Source: a virus (Duplodnaviria > Caudoviricetes). From it: a stretch of DNA of 64,000 bases. The translations under genes were made by a program, and so were the position numbers. This document shows, in pieces, positions 52,423 through 62,235 of this stretch. Positions within the stretch are counted from its first letter, which is position 1. Each line of letters begins with the position of its first letter. The notes below the pieces were generated by a model. It was given only the letters and a program-made list of their open reading frames with translations. It had not been told where the DNA came from and did no database searches. The stretch is taken from the IMG/VR virus record IMGVR_UViG_2829772224_000004, positions 2,613-66,612 of that record. One strand, given 5' to 3'.

Positions 52423-52830
52423 ATGAACCTTGATGATTTTGTAGGGCTGCCCTGGTTGGACCGGGGTCGCGACCGCAATGGCTGTGACTGCTGGGGGCTT
52501 CTCGCCCTGGTCTACGCCGAGCGGTTCGGCATCGAATTGCCGAGCTTTCGCGACGATTACCAGACCGCAGCCGATGGAGATGCGGTGTCCGCCCTCATCG
52601 ACGGCCGCCGTGACTGCTGGACCGAGATCCCCGATGGTACAGAACGCCCCGGCGACGCCGTGCTGATGTCCTTAGGCGGCCGTCCGCGTCATGTCGGTAT
52701 CGTCATCGGCGGCGCCCGTGTCCTGCACATCGAGCGCGGTGCCGGCTCCGTCATCGAGAGCTACCGGTCATTCCGCCTGCGCCGTCGCGTCCTCGGCTTC
52801 TTCAGGCACGATGGAGTCGCGGCATCATGA
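52423..52830 (+). CDS. NlpC/P60 tail-associated peptidase
   Basis: GLPW.DRGRD..GCDCWGL, HVGI, LH. Confidence 0.88.
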   Translation: MNLDDFVGLPWLDRGRDRNGCDCWGLLALVYAERFGIELPSFRDDYQTAADGDAVSALIDGRRDCWTEIPDGTERPGDAVLMSLGGRPRHVGIVIGGARVLHIERGAGSVIESYRSFRLRRRVLGFFRHDGVAAS

Positions 52831-55800
52831 ACATGATGCCAGTGCCCACCGCTCTGACCGGCGAGATCCTCGGTACCAAGGACAGCATTCGGGTTGTCGC
52901 CGCCCTGCACCCGTTGCGGGTCGAACGCACCGAGTTGTCGGCGCCCCCAGGCTCCACGATCGCCGAGATCGTCGATCTCGTCGTCGCAACGGACGGCTGC
53001 AGGTCGATTGCCTCGGATTTCATCGTTCATCTCGCCGGCCATCCTATCGAAGCCGCGGCTTGGCATCTGGTGAGGCCGAAGCCAGGCACCACGGTAGCGC
53101 TACGCCCCACTGTTCAGGGTTTCATCGCACCGCTTTTCGCCGCGCTTTCGGCCGCGTTTACAGGCTTCAGCGCCTTCATCGGCGGCCTCGGCTTCTTCGG
53201 CAAGATCATCATGGCGGGCCTGAGCTTCGGCGTGAAGCTGTTGCTCAATGCCCTGTTTGCTCCGCGTCCGCCGCAACTTTCCCAGCCGAAGCCGAGCTAC
53301 TCGCTCGTAAACTCACGCAACCAGGCCGCGCCATTTGAGCCCGTGCCTGTTGTCCTCGGCAAGCATCGTATCAGCCCGTTCTACGGTGCCCTGCCCTACA
53401 CCGAATCCAGCGGCGAGAATCAGTACCTCCGCCTGTTGTTCGTTTGGGGCTACGGCCCCCTGCAGGTCGATGACATCAAAATCGGCGAGACGCTGCTGTC
53501 GTCGTTCGATGAAGTCGAGATCGAAACCCGCACCGGTTATCCTTCTGATCTGCCTGTCACGCTCTATCCGCGTCAGGTCGTAGAAGAACCGCTTTCGATA
53601 GATCTCAAGCAGGTCGACGGCTGGCATCGGCGGACCACTGCCGCCGATATCAATGAGATTTCCGTCGATATCGTGATGCCGAATGGCCTCATCTACATCG
53701 ACGACAAGGGCAAGAAGCGCACCCGGCAGGTCAATATTTCGGTGCGCTATCGCCTGTTCGGCACCATCGATTGGACGACGCTGCCCGAGCTCGTGATCTC
53801 GGCCCGGACCGTCAATACGATCCGGCGGACCGTATCCGCGGTGGTCCCGCAGGGCGAGTATGACGTCGAGGTCTCGAAGACGAGCCCCGACACCAACAAC
53901 AGCACTCAGGTCCGCGAAACAGCGGTATGGTCGGCACTCCGCGGCTTCCGCACCGGTTCCCCGCTGACGTTTTCGAAACCGCTTTGCGTCTCGGCGATCA
54001 AGATCAAGGCGACGTCGCAGCTCAACGGGACGCTGGACACCCTCAACGGCATCGCGACGTCGTTGGTGAAATCGTGGAATGGTGCGGCCTGGGTCGACAA
54101 CCAACCCTCCCGAAACCCCGCCGACCTGTACCGTCATGTCCTTCAGGGTGCCGCTAACGCGCGACCGGTCGGAGATGCGGCTATCGATCTTGTCGCTCTT
54201 CAGGGCTGGCATGGCTACTGCGTCGCCAACGGCTGGACTTTCGATCATCCCCGCGTCGCCGCGGCATCGGTGTTCGACACCCTGGCCGACATCTGCGCCG
54301 CCGGTCGCGCCGTACCGATCTTCAAGGATGGTCTGTGGTCGGTGGTCTGGGACGAGCTCGATACGCCGATCGTCCAGATGTTTACGCCGCGCAACAGCTG
54401 GGGCTTCGAGGCACAGCACGAGTTCCGCGAACTGCCCCATGCCTGGCGCGTCAGGTTCATCAATGAGATGCGGGATTGGCGCGAGGACGAGCGTATCGTC
54501 TACGACGATGGCTATTCGGCCGCGAACGCAACCCGTTTCGAGGGAATCGAGTTTCCGGGGGTAACGAAGCCGGACTCGATATGGCGCCATGGGCGCTTCC
54601 ACATCGCGCAGCTCCGGCTTCGTCCCGAAACCTACACGCTGAACGTCGACTTCGAAAACCTGCTTTGCACCCGGGCGGATCGCGTCCGTGTCGCTCATGA
54701 CGTCATGCTGGTCGGCATCGCCAGCGGCCGTGTGAAATCGGTCGATGTCGGGGCTCAGTCCATCGAGATCGATGAGCTCGTCATGCTCGAGAGCGACAAG
54801 CTCTATCAGATCCGGATCAGGCTGGCTGACGGCGCCTTCCTGGTTCGTTCGCTTATCCCAGGTGCCGCCGGCGAGACATCGACGCTCCTGCTAGAGGGAA
54901 ACGACGATCTTCCAGCGGCCGGAGACCTCTTCACGTTGGGCGAAGCCGACAGGGAGAGCGGGGTCTACAGGGTTGTCGCGATCGAGGCACAGGAGGATAT
55001 GACGGCGCGGGTCACCCTCGTCGATGATGCGCCTGGGATTGCTGCAGCCGACACCGGCGTGATCCCTGCCTTCGAAAGCAACATCACGACACCATTCGAT
55101 CCCTATGCCCAACCCCCGGCAAACTTCCTCCAGTTCGAGGGCGAAGCAGAGGGCGACCTTGCCTCGGCGCACCTATTCTGGATTGCACCCACTCTTGGGC
55201 AGGTCCAGGCCTATGAAATCGAATACCGCAATGAGAGCGATGCGGATCCGCTCTGGCTGCCGGCCTCCGTTATTCTTGCCCCTCTGACGACATCAAAGAT
55301 CAGTGGTCTCGAGCCTGGGGTCTACACCTTCAGGATCAGATGTCGGTTCGTATCGGGCGACACTTCGCGGTGGAACACGTCGCCGACGATCGCCATCGAC
55401 ACGCTGCTCAATGCGCCCCCCGATGTCACCAACTTCAGGATCTCGGTTCTCGGTGATCTCTCAACGTTGAGCTGGTCCGCAGTCGTGGGACCTGGGATCA
55501 CCTACGAGATCCGCTTCGTTTCCGTCGATGGCCTCGTGGTGGACTGGAACTCGGCGACGACGCTGATCCCGTCGGTATCGGGCACCAGCGTGCAGGTGCC
55601 GACCATGGTCGGCACCTACCTGATCAAGGCGGTGTTTCCAACCGGGCTCAAGAGCACCAATCCGGCAACGATAGAAACCGGCGTCTCGGCCATCGCAGGG
55701 CTCAACGTTGTCGAGGTCATCGCAGAAGAGCCAACCTTTGCCGGGGTTAGAACCGACGTCGATGTCTCCGGCGGGATCCTGCGGTTGCTGCCCAGAAACG

Positions 55801-56501
55801 TGATGTCGAGATGGGAGACCCTCAGCACCGTGATCTCGCTTGCCGAGGGCGACGGCGCCGAGGACTCTCGCGGCGTCGTGGTGACGGGCACCTACGACTT
55901 CGCTGATATTTTCGACCTCGGCGATGTCTACACCTCGCGTGTCACCGCATTGATCGATGCAGTCGGAGAGAACCAGCAGAACGTGATGGCAGGCTGGGCT
56001 ACGCTCGCAGATGTCGCTGTCCTCGATGATTCCGACCCCGAGGATTGGGAGGTCTCCCTTGAGATATCCGACACCAGCTCCGATCCCATCCTCGGCCTGT
56101 GGAGCTCATGGCGCCCCTTTATGGTTGGTGACATCACCACTCGGGCTTTCAGGTTTCGGCTGCATCTCGAAGGAAGGGCCGCAGAGGACGGCACCGCCGA
56201 TTACAGTTTCGTGACCCCGGCGGTCAGAACCCTTCACGTCCAGATCGATATGCCGGATCGCGTCATCGCCGGCGACGATATCGCGGTGCCGGCGATTGGC
56301 CTCGATATATCGTTCACCCCGCCGTTCCGTGCACTGCATGGCATTGGCACCAACGACCAGGACATGGCGACTGGTGACCGCAAGTCGATCACGGCCAAGG
56401 GACCGGCCGGTTTCCACATCCAGTACTTTGATTCGGGGGGAACCCCGGTGGCACGAACCATGGATTACGTCGCCAAGGGCTACGGGAGCATCATTCTATG
56501 A
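52827..56501 (+). CDS. Central tail fibre / host specificity protein (TipJ-like) with gpI-like N-terminus
   Basis: PVPVVLGKHR, RNPADLY, FN3-like segments; 1224 aa after NlpC. Confidence 0.9.
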   Translation: MNMMPVPTALTGEILGTKDSIRVVAALHPLRVERTELSAPPGSTIAEIVDLVVATDGCRSIASDFIVHLAGHPIEAAAWHLVRPKPGTTVALRPTVQGFIAPLFAALSAAFTGFSAFIGGLGFFGKIIMAGLSFGVKLLLNALFAPRPPQLSQPKPSYSLVNSRNQAAPFEPVPVVLGKHRISPFYGALPYTESSGENQYLRLLFVWGYGPLQVDDIKIGETLLSSFDEVEIETRTGYPSDLPVTLYPRQVVEEPLSIDLKQVDGWHRRTTAADINEISVDIVMPNGLIYIDDKGKKRTRQVNISVRYRLFGTIDWTTLPELVISARTVNTIRRTVSAVVPQGEYDVEVSKTSPDTNNSTQVRETAVWSALRGFRTGSPLTFSKPLCVSAIKIKATSQLNGTLDTLNGIATSLVKSWNGAAWVDNQPSRNPADLYRHVLQGAANARPVGDAAIDLVALQGWHGYCVANGWTFDHPRVAAASVFDTLADICAAGRAVPIFKDGLWSVVWDELDTPIVQMFTPRNSWGFEAQHEFRELPHAWRVRFINEMRDWREDERIVYDDGYSAANATRFEGIEFPGVTKPDSIWRHGRFHIAQLRLRPETYTLNVDFENLLCTRADRVRVAHDVMLVGIASGRVKSVDVGAQSIEIDELVMLESDKLYQIRIRLADGAFLVRSLIPGAAGETSTLLLEGNDDLPAAGDLFTLGEADRESGVYRVVAIEAQEDMTARVTLVDDAPGIAAADTGVIPAFESNITTPFDPYAQPPANFLQFEGEAEGDLASAHLFWIAPTLGQVQAYEIEYRNESDADPLWLPASVILAPLTTSKISGLEPGVYTFRIRCRFVSGDTSRWNTSPTIAIDTLLNAPPDVTNFRISVLGDLSTLSWSAVVGPGITYEIRFVSVDGLVVDWNSATTLIPSVSGTSVQVPTMVGTYLIKAVFPTGLKSTNPATIETGVSAIAGLNVVEVIAEEPTFAGVRTDVDVSGGILRLLPRNVMSRWETLSTVISLAEGDGAEDSRGVVVTGTYDFADIFDLGDVYTSRVTALIDAVGENQQNVMAGWATLADVAVLDDSDPEDWEVSLEISDTSSDPILGLWSSWRPFMVGDITTRAFRFRLHLEGRAAEDGTADYSFVTPAVRTLHVQIDMPDRVIAGDDIAVPAIGLDISFTPPFRALHGIGTNDQDMATGDRKSITAKGPAGFHIQYFDSGGTPVARTMDYVAKGYGSIIL

Positions 56502-57571
56502 GCCAATTCGACTTCGGGACGCTTGACCCGAACATAAAGTCCGGCACAGCGCTTGCGACTGACCTGAACTCGTGGCGCAACGCGCTTCATACCGGCCACA
56601 AGGGTGCCGCGGCACCGGGATATGCCGTCGCAGGTTTGACGTGGCTCGACGACACCCTCGACCCGCTGTGGCTGGTGAAGAGGTACGATGGCACGAGCTG
56701 GATCGTTATTGAGGCCATCGACATCACCAACAACCTCGCCTGGACGCCAACAGTCGGCGAACGCCAGCGGTTTCCTTTGGCCGGTGGCTCCGCGAATGCG
56801 CTGACGCTGACCCCGGCGGTTGCCTTGACCGCCTATACGGATCTCGACGTCATCACCTTCGAGGCCTCGGCCGACAACTCTGGCGCCACCACGCTGAATG
56901 TCTCCGGTGTCGGCGCCAAGGCAATCCGCAAGATTGTCGCTGGCGCCGACGTTGCCCTGGCCGCTGGCGACATCCTTGACGGTAGCCGTTACACAGCCAA
57001 CTACGACACCGCCGCGAACGCAGCAGCAGGCGCCTGGATCCTGGCTGTACCACCGCCTGCTTCGGCCACGGCGCCGGGCCTTGTCGAACTTGCAACCAAC
57101 GCCGAAGCGCAAGGAAAGTCTGATGCGGGTCGTGCGCTAACCCCGTCCAACCTTGCTTCCCTTGGAGCGTCAGCGACCTTTGCAGGTCTTGTTGAGCTCG
57201 CAACTGCTGCTGAGGTTGCTACCGGGACGGATACTGCTCGTGTCCCCTCTGTGTCCACGATGGGGGATCATCAGGGCATGGCTAAGGCCTGGGTTAAGTT
57301 CAACGGGTCTGGTGTTGTCGCTATCAACGACAGCTATGGTGTAACTTCTATCTCCGACAACAACGTGGGCGACTACACTGTCAACCTAGCTTCCGCTATG
57401 GCGAACGCCAATTTCGCCGCAGTTGGTATGGGAGGTACAGATGGGTCCGGCAACATGCGGTGGCTGTCTGTGTTGTCTCAAACCACCACCGCCATCAACG
57501 TCATTTCCTGTGGCACCACGACACAAAGACTTGATTCCAACAACAACACTGTAGCCGTGTTTGGAGACTGA
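56498..57571 (+). CDS. Tail fibre protein
   Basis: Two GLVELAT repeats 36 aa apart; C-terminal AKAWVKFNGSG...SYGVTSISDNNVGDYTVN tip domain. Confidence 0.85.
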   Translation: MSQFDFGTLDPNIKSGTALATDLNSWRNALHTGHKGAAAPGYAVAGLTWLDDTLDPLWLVKRYDGTSWIVIEAIDITNNLAWTPTVGERQRFPLAGGSANALTLTPAVALTAYTDLDVITFEASADNSGATTLNVSGVGAKAIRKIVAGADVALAAGDILDGSRYTANYDTAANAAAGAWILAVPPPASATAPGLVELATNAEAQGKSDAGRALTPSNLASLGASATFAGLVELATAAEVATGTDTARVPSVSTMGDHQGMAKAWVKFNGSGVVAINDSYGVTSISDNNVGDYTVNLASAMANANFAAVGMGGTDGSGNMRWLSVLSQTTTAINVISCGTTTQRLDSNNNTVAVFGD

Positions 57572-57575
57572 CCCG

Positions 57576-57869
57576 ATGGTTCAGCGCATCATCTACCCTA
57601 ACGACAGCGGCGGCATCGTTGTACTTATCTGTCACAGGGCAGATGGCACTCCTTTGACGAATTTGCCGCTTTCGGATGTGGCTCGCAAGGACGTCCCTGT
57701 TGGTGTCCCTTATCGTTTTGTGGACGAATCCGAAATTCCGATCGATCGCAGCCAGCGCGATCTGTGGACGGCGGATTTTAGCGAACCGGAGGGCCACGGA
57801 ATAGGCGCCGAAGCGTGGCTCGCCGAGCAGGCCGCTATTGCCGCCGAAGCAGAGGAGCCGCAGGAATGA
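57576..57869 (+). CDS. Putative tail fibre assembly protein
   Basis: RIIYPNDSGGIVV...ARKDVPVGVPY..VD..EIP.DR..RD.W. Confidence 0.7.
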   Translation: MVQRIIYPNDSGGIVVLICHRADGTPLTNLPLSDVARKDVPVGVPYRFVDESEIPIDRSQRDLWTADFSEPEGHGIGAEAWLAEQAAIAAEAEEPQE

Positions 57870-58180
57870 ACGTCATTACCATCCGCCCCGCGCCGCCGCC
57901 TTCTATTGATGACTATAAAGCGGCGATCGTCGCCATGCTCGACGCCAAAGCGCAAGAACGTCGCTACGACAACGCGGTGTCGATTTCGACGTACGAAAAA
58001 AGCACCGAAGAGGCGTGGGCGGCGGAAGCTGTAGCGTACATCGCTTGGCGAGATCAGGTGTGGAAGTGCGCTTACGCGGAGCTCAAGAAGGTCGAATTGG
58101 GCCAGCGCACGCAACCGACCGTCGAGGGGTTCTTGGAGGAACTCCCTACTCTGACTTGGCCTTCGGGAAGCGCTTCCTGA
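57866..58180 (+). CDS. Putative tail fibre chaperone
   Basis: LDAKAQERRYD...S.STY....W.AEA.A.IAWRDQVW...LP.L.W. Confidence 0.7.
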   Translation: MNVITIRPAPPPSIDDYKAAIVAMLDAKAQERRYDNAVSISTYEKSTEEAWAAEAVAYIAWRDQVWKCAYAELKKVELGQRTQPTVEGFLEELPTLTWPSGSAS

Positions 58181-58796
58181 TCGAGCGGCCCATTCTGCGA
58201 AACAGTCTGACGATTCGCGGCTCGCGCTTTTCGAGAATATCGGTGATCCGATGCCGGTTCACGGGCCCATTGCCTTGGCCCGAACTCAGCGTTGCGTTGT
58301 AAATCCCTGTCCTGCGGTCGTACGCGAACTCGTCGGCGTAGGAGAGCGAGGCACCGACTGCTGCCAGGAGTTCATCTGAGCTTTGATAGTCGTTGTGCAC
58401 CTTCATCTCCGTTCGGGACTTCTTGTCGTCACCAAACATGTACGTGAAGATGATCTGGCGCCCCGGCGCATGCCTCGCGAGCTCTCGGAAAAAGGCGGGA
58501 ACGTCGTCGACGTATTCCAGGAATCCGGCGCAAACAACCACGTTGAAATCGGTGTCAGGCAGCCGGAATTCCTTGTTGAAATCGACAACGAACGTGCCAG
58601 GCAGATCGGCGACACAGTCGACTGGGATGTATCGGCACATCGGCGGAATAAAGCGGGCCAGCTTTTGATTGCCCGCGCCGATGTCCAAAACAGAGTCCGT
58701 GGCGCGGATCAGTTTCGCAATGGTTCTCGATCTCGGTTCCCAAGTAGGCTGCATGCCGTTGGCAACAGCACTCCACTCGCCGACTGAAGTAAGCAT
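58146..58796 (-). CDS. Class I SAM-dependent methyltransferase, moron
   Basis: VLDIGAG motif I, YIPVD, FNVVVCAGFLEYVDD; opposite strand between tail and lysis genes. Confidence 0.85.
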   Translation of the reverse strand: MLTSVGEWSAVANGMQPTWEPRSRTIAKLIRATDSVLDIGAGNQKLARFIPPMCRYIPVDCVADLPGTFVVDFNKEFRLPDTDFNVVVCAGFLEYVDDVPAFFRELARHAPGRQIIFTYMFGDDKKSRTEMKVHNDYQSSDELLAAVGASLSYADEFAYDRRTGIYNATLSSGQGNGPVNRHRITDILEKREPRIVRLFRRMGRSIRKRFPKAKSE

Positions 58797-58917
58797 AGAA
58801 ATCCCCTAACCGGTGACTTCTCGCCTTCTGCCATTACGCTGATGCGGAGGCAATAGCGGCCATCTCCCGCACCCCTACCTACCGGGTCGCGTCGGCGCAC
58901 CTCAAAAGGATCATCCC

Positions 58918-59430
58918 ATGTATCTCCGGTTCGCGCTCCTGGCGCCGCTTTCGCTCGCCTTCAATTTGTTCGTGATGCTGACGGCGCCGATCTGGGCGGC
59001 ATGGGCCGCCCTCGGCAACCTCTATGTGCTCCCCGGCGTTTTCGCCTGGATCCACACCCACGACGCCAGCATCTACGGGCCGATCCCGAAACCGACCGGT
59101 GTCCTCGTCCGTTTCAAGACCGCGGTTTGGTGGCTCTGGCGCAACCCGGGCTATGGCTTCGACGCCTATGTGCTCGGGTTCGACCACGAAGGCATGGTCA
59201 TCGTCGAGGACACCGGACCGACGACGCCATTTGACAAGGCCCGAACTGCATCCCGGTTCGTCGTGATGCGTGCTGCAGATGGTCGGCGCTACTTCTCGTA
59301 TCGGTGCGACCTGATGCTGCCTGGCAACCGGTTCATCAAGATATGGCTGGGCTGGCACTGGGATACCAAGGACGGCCGCCGGCACATGATCAAGGTCATG
59401 TTCAACCCGTTCCGCAAGCTCTCGTCATGA
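58918..59430 (+). CDS. Phage membrane-associated hypothetical protein
   Basis: Hydrophobic N-terminus; WLWRNPGYGF, IWLGW motifs. Confidence 0.7.
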   Translation: MYLRFALLAPLSLAFNLFVMLTAPIWAAWAALGNLYVLPGVFAWIHTHDASIYGPIPKPTGVLVRFKTAVWWLWRNPGYGFDAYVLGFDHEGMVIVEDTGPTTPFDKARTASRFVVMRAADGRRYFSYRCDLMLPGNRFIKIWLGWHWDTKDGRRHMIKVMFNPFRKLSS

Positions 59431-59537
59431 GGGCTCTCGTCATCGCCGTTCTGCTGCTCCAGGCCTGCCAGACCGGCCACGACATCGATCCTGCCGCGGA
59501 GCGCGCCGTGATCTGCAGCATGCTCACCTGCGGTTAG
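59427..59537 (+). CDS. Very small lipoprotein (36 aa)
   Basis: MRALVIAVLLLQAC lipobox; ATGA overlap. Confidence 0.55.
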   Translation: MRALVIAVLLLQACQTGHDIDPAAERAVICSMLTCG

Positions 59538-59573
59538 TCCGCTCCCCCCCAATCTGCGACCGAGGAAGTTGTC

Positions 59574-60059
59574 ATGACCACCGCAAACGCGTGGCCCACT
59601 CAGGCCGACGTGAGGAAATTCTATGGCGAGCCCGGAAACCCGCAGTGCACGGCCGGCATGGTCGACCTTGCCTATCCAATGCGCATCGCCTGGGATCTCA
59701 ACCAGCGCATCACCCGGTTCCGCTGCCACGGCAAGGTCGAGGCTCCACTGGAGCGCATCTTCAGAAATACCCTTGCCCACTACGGCGAGGCCAAGATCAA
59801 GGCGCTCGGCCTCGATCTCTTCGGCGGCTGCTACAATCTGCGCCAGATGCGCGGCAGCAAGGCTTGGTCGATGCATTCCTGGGGCATCGCGGTCGACCTC
59901 GATCCCGCACGGAACCAGCTGAAATGGGGCCGCGACCGCGCTGTTTTCGCGAAGCCGGAATATGAACCGTTCTGGCAGATCGTCGAGGCCGAAGGCGCGC
60001 TGTCGCTCGGCCGAGCCCGTAACTACGATTGGATGCACTTCCAGTTCGCGAGGCTGTGA
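59574..60059 (+). CDS. Endolysin, M15 family (L-Ala-D-Glu type peptidase)
   Basis: YN.R.MRG....SMHSWGIAVDLD and DWMHFQ zinc-binding motifs. Confidence 0.92.
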   Translation: MTTANAWPTQADVRKFYGEPGNPQCTAGMVDLAYPMRIAWDLNQRITRFRCHGKVEAPLERIFRNTLAHYGEAKIKALGLDLFGGCYNLRQMRGSKAWSMHSWGIAVDLDPARNQLKWGRDRAVFAKPEYEPFWQIVEAEGALSLGRARNYDWMHFQFARL

Positions 60060-60376
60060 TGTTCTTCGATAGGTGGGGTAGCGACGACTGGCGGATCCGC
60101 CGGCGCATCATCATCCTACTGCTGCTCTGGTGCGTCGGGCTCGTCACCTACATCGCGATCTACGGGCCGCCGGATCAGCTTCGCGAGGCGATCGCGACAT
60201 CCCTCATCATCCTGATCGGCTCGATCGTCGGCAGCTACGTGTTCGGTGTGATCTGGGACAACAAGACGAAGATCCCGAGCTCGACAACCGAGATCAAGCA
60301 AACCGTTGTGCAGCCGGCGCCCGCGCCGGCTTCCCCTGTGGATCCGGCGCCGCCGCCGGGGATGGCTGAAAGCTGA
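60059..60376 (+). CDS. Putative holin (2 TM)
   Basis: Two TM helices with a basic N-flank, immediately after the endolysin. Confidence 0.7.
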   Translation: MFFDRWGSDDWRIRRRIIILLLLWCVGLVTYIAIYGPPDQLREAIATSLIILIGSIVGSYVFGVIWDNKTKIPSSTTEIKQTVVQPAPAPASPVDPAPPPGMAES

Positions 60377-60798
60377 TGCCGTTTCTCGCAATGATCGTCC
60401 GTTACGTCGGCTTCACGGGCTTGGCGGTCGCCGCCATCGTCGTCTTCTACGAGGGCCTGCCGCTTGGTCCTCTCCGGGCAGTCCCCGTTCTCGGGCCAGG
60501 ACTCGAGATGCTGACTGACGGCCGCGTCGACCGGGAACGCAAGGCCGCGCTCGCCGGCTTCGTCCAAGAGGCCAAGCTTGTCGCCGCCGAGGCTGAGCTC
60601 GCGGAGACACGCCGGCAGCACGCCGCCGGCCGCAAGGCCACTGCGGGATTTGCCGAGCTGCTCGCGGCGGCGCAAGCCCGCGAGGCCGAGCTCGATGTCA
60701 CCAACCAGCTGAAGGAGGCCGAGTATGAGGCACAGCTTGCTGCTTCAGGTCGCGCTTGTCGTCTCGACGCCGATGATCTCCGCTTTCTCATGCGCTGA
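60376..60798 (+). CDS. Putative i-spanin (Rz-like)
   Basis: N-terminal TM, coiled coil, C-terminal ACRLDADD. Confidence 0.7.
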   Translation: MPFLAMIVRYVGFTGLAVAAIVVFYEGLPLGPLRAVPVLGPGLEMLTDGRVDRERKAALAGFVQEAKLVAAEAELAETRRQHAAGRKATAGFAELLAAAQAREAELDVTNQLKEAEYEAQLAASGRACRLDADDLRFLMR

Positions 60799-61039
60799 TG
60801 CGGCGCTGAGACAGGCCGCTGAAACGAAGGGTCGGGTCAGCGCCGGCGTCGTTCTCCCGGACCCTCCTGTCGATTGCGGCGTCAGGGAGCCATATGCGGC
60901 GCGCGGTATCGGCGTCGAGGCCCGTATTGTGATCCGGAGGTCAGACGACGCCCTAGACCGCGCCAACGCCCGTGGCGCCCGCTGCAACGGCTGGTATCTC
61001 GACCTGAAGTCCGGATACGAGGCAGGGCGGCCACGATGA
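60725..61039 (+). CDS. Putative o-spanin (Rz1-like lipoprotein)
   Basis: Overlaps Rz in another frame; signal ending AFSC, Pro-rich LPDPPVDC and a second Cys. Confidence 0.65.
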   Translation: MRHSLLLQVALVVSTPMISAFSCADAALRQAAETKGRVSAGVVLPDPPVDCGVREPYAARGIGVEARIVIRRSDDALDRANARGARCNGWYLDLKSGYEAGRPR

Positions 61040-61410
61040 CAACGAATCTCGATGACATCTCAGAGGCGATCGGCAGATTGCGAGCCGAAGTCCAGAACCT
61101 CAGCCAACAAATGGCGCACAGCAACAAGCGCGCCGACAATCATCGATCCGCAATTCACCGGCGGGTCGACGACCTGGTACGCGACGTCGGCGACCTCAGT
61201 TCCAGCCTGGTCGGGGTCAAACACGATGTCGCTGTGGTGCGCGAAGACCTCGGCGACGCCAAGAAGGTCACCGACGAGGTCAAGCAATGGAAGCAGCGCG
61301 GCATCGGCGCCCTGTTCGTCACCGGCATCGCCAGTGCATCCCTATCCGGCATGATCGTTGGGTTCGCGGTCTACTGGTGGGATGCCTTCATGAAATTGCT
61401 GCGTTCGTAG
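61036..61410 (+). CDS. Coiled-coil protein with C-terminal TM (DUF1515-like)
   Basis: R.A.HRRVD.L...V..WK..G.GAL...G pattern; end of the lysis cassette. Confidence 0.65.
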   Translation: MTTNLDDISEAIGRLRAEVQNLSQQMAHSNKRADNHRSAIHRRVDDLVRDVGDLSSSLVGVKHDVAVVREDLGDAKKVTDEVKQWKQRGIGALFVTGIASASLSGMIVGFAVYWWDAFMKLLRS

Positions 61411-61459
61411 CGAGATCCGCGCCCGGCGGTTCCGGGCATCAACCAAGGAGAAGACTAAA

Positions 61460-61702
61460 ATGTCCGCGACTATGAGAGCGAAAATGAAGGTTTCGCGCGT
61501 TGAACGTTGGGAGGGCGCCGACAAGGTGACGATGAACGCGGTCTGCAAGCCGAGCGGCTACCCGACGGACGGCAGCGACGAAGACAACACCTACGCGAAG
61601 TTCTCACCGCAAGGCGAACTGACGCTGACCATCGCGAATCCTGCGCTCGTCGGCAAGATCGAGCCAGGGACGACCTTCTATCTCGACTTCACGCCGGCAT
61701 AG
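61460..61702 (+). CDS. Small conserved phage protein
   Basis: RBS AAGGAG; MRAKM.V...EDNTYAKFSPQG.L.LTI.NPAL...FYLDF. Confidence 0.75.
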   Translation: MSATMRAKMKVSRVERWEGADKVTMNAVCKPSGYPTDGSDEDNTYAKFSPQGELTLTIANPALVGKIEPGTTFYLDFTPA

Positions 61703-61724
61703 CACCGGTATCCATCGGCAACCG

Positions 61725-61756
61725 CCCCCGTCACCGAAAGGTGGCGGGGGTCTTTT
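61725..61756 (+). terminator. Rho-independent terminator ending the late operon
   Basis: CCCCCGTCACC-GAAA-GGTGGCGGGGG followed by TCTTTT. Confidence 0.85.
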
Positions 61757-61785
61757 GTCGTTTGAACGGAAATTTTTCGCCGTCT

Positions 61786-61810
61786 GGAACGGAGTAGCAC
61801 CAAAGGCGTT
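61786..61810 (+). promoter_or_regulatory. Candidate EcfG/RpoE2 general-stress promoter
   Basis: GGAAC-N16-CGTT exact; a second weaker GGAAC-N17-GCTT at 61909-61934. Confidence 0.4.
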
Positions 61811-62048
61811 TCTGCGGGCGGAGCGCCCCACTCGCCCCTCAAGTGCCCGCGCTCCCCGGCAGTGGGCCTGCCTCTTCTCCTCCAACCGGAAGCGGCGGGC
61901 CTTTTCATGGAACGATCTCCCCATCTAGATGCTTGTGCTGGTGAGCGGACTGTCTGCACCCGTCCGTTGAATAGGCCCGCTTATGGCGAGGCTATTTTTC
62001 GTCAGCCGACCCGGGCCGCCTTCATGTGTGGTCCCGAAGGGCATCAAC

Positions 62049-62219
62049 ATGAACCCCGACCAACCCAGCGAGCAGCCGAAACCTGCAAACATTACGATCC
62101 AACGATTGATGAAGGAAGGCGATATCACTGAAGAACAAGCTCGGAAGCTTGTAGCTGATCTCGGATACGACTGGTCGTCACTTCTACGGGAAGCCCGGTT
62201 TCTTGCGAAGAAGCGATAA
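62049..62219 (+). CDS. Small hypothetical protein
   Basis: MNPDQPSEQ...TEEQARKLVADLGYDWSSLLREAR. Confidence 0.65.
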   Translation: MNPDQPSEQPKPANITIQRLMKEGDITEEQARKLVADLGYDWSSLLREARFLAKKR

Positions 62220-62235
62220 CCAAGGGGCCGCGCCG

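Noticed and set aside
56498-58180. Diversity-generating retroelement or invertible fibre cassette
   Set aside because: No reverse transcriptase, template-repeat copy, invertase or flanking inverted sites found.
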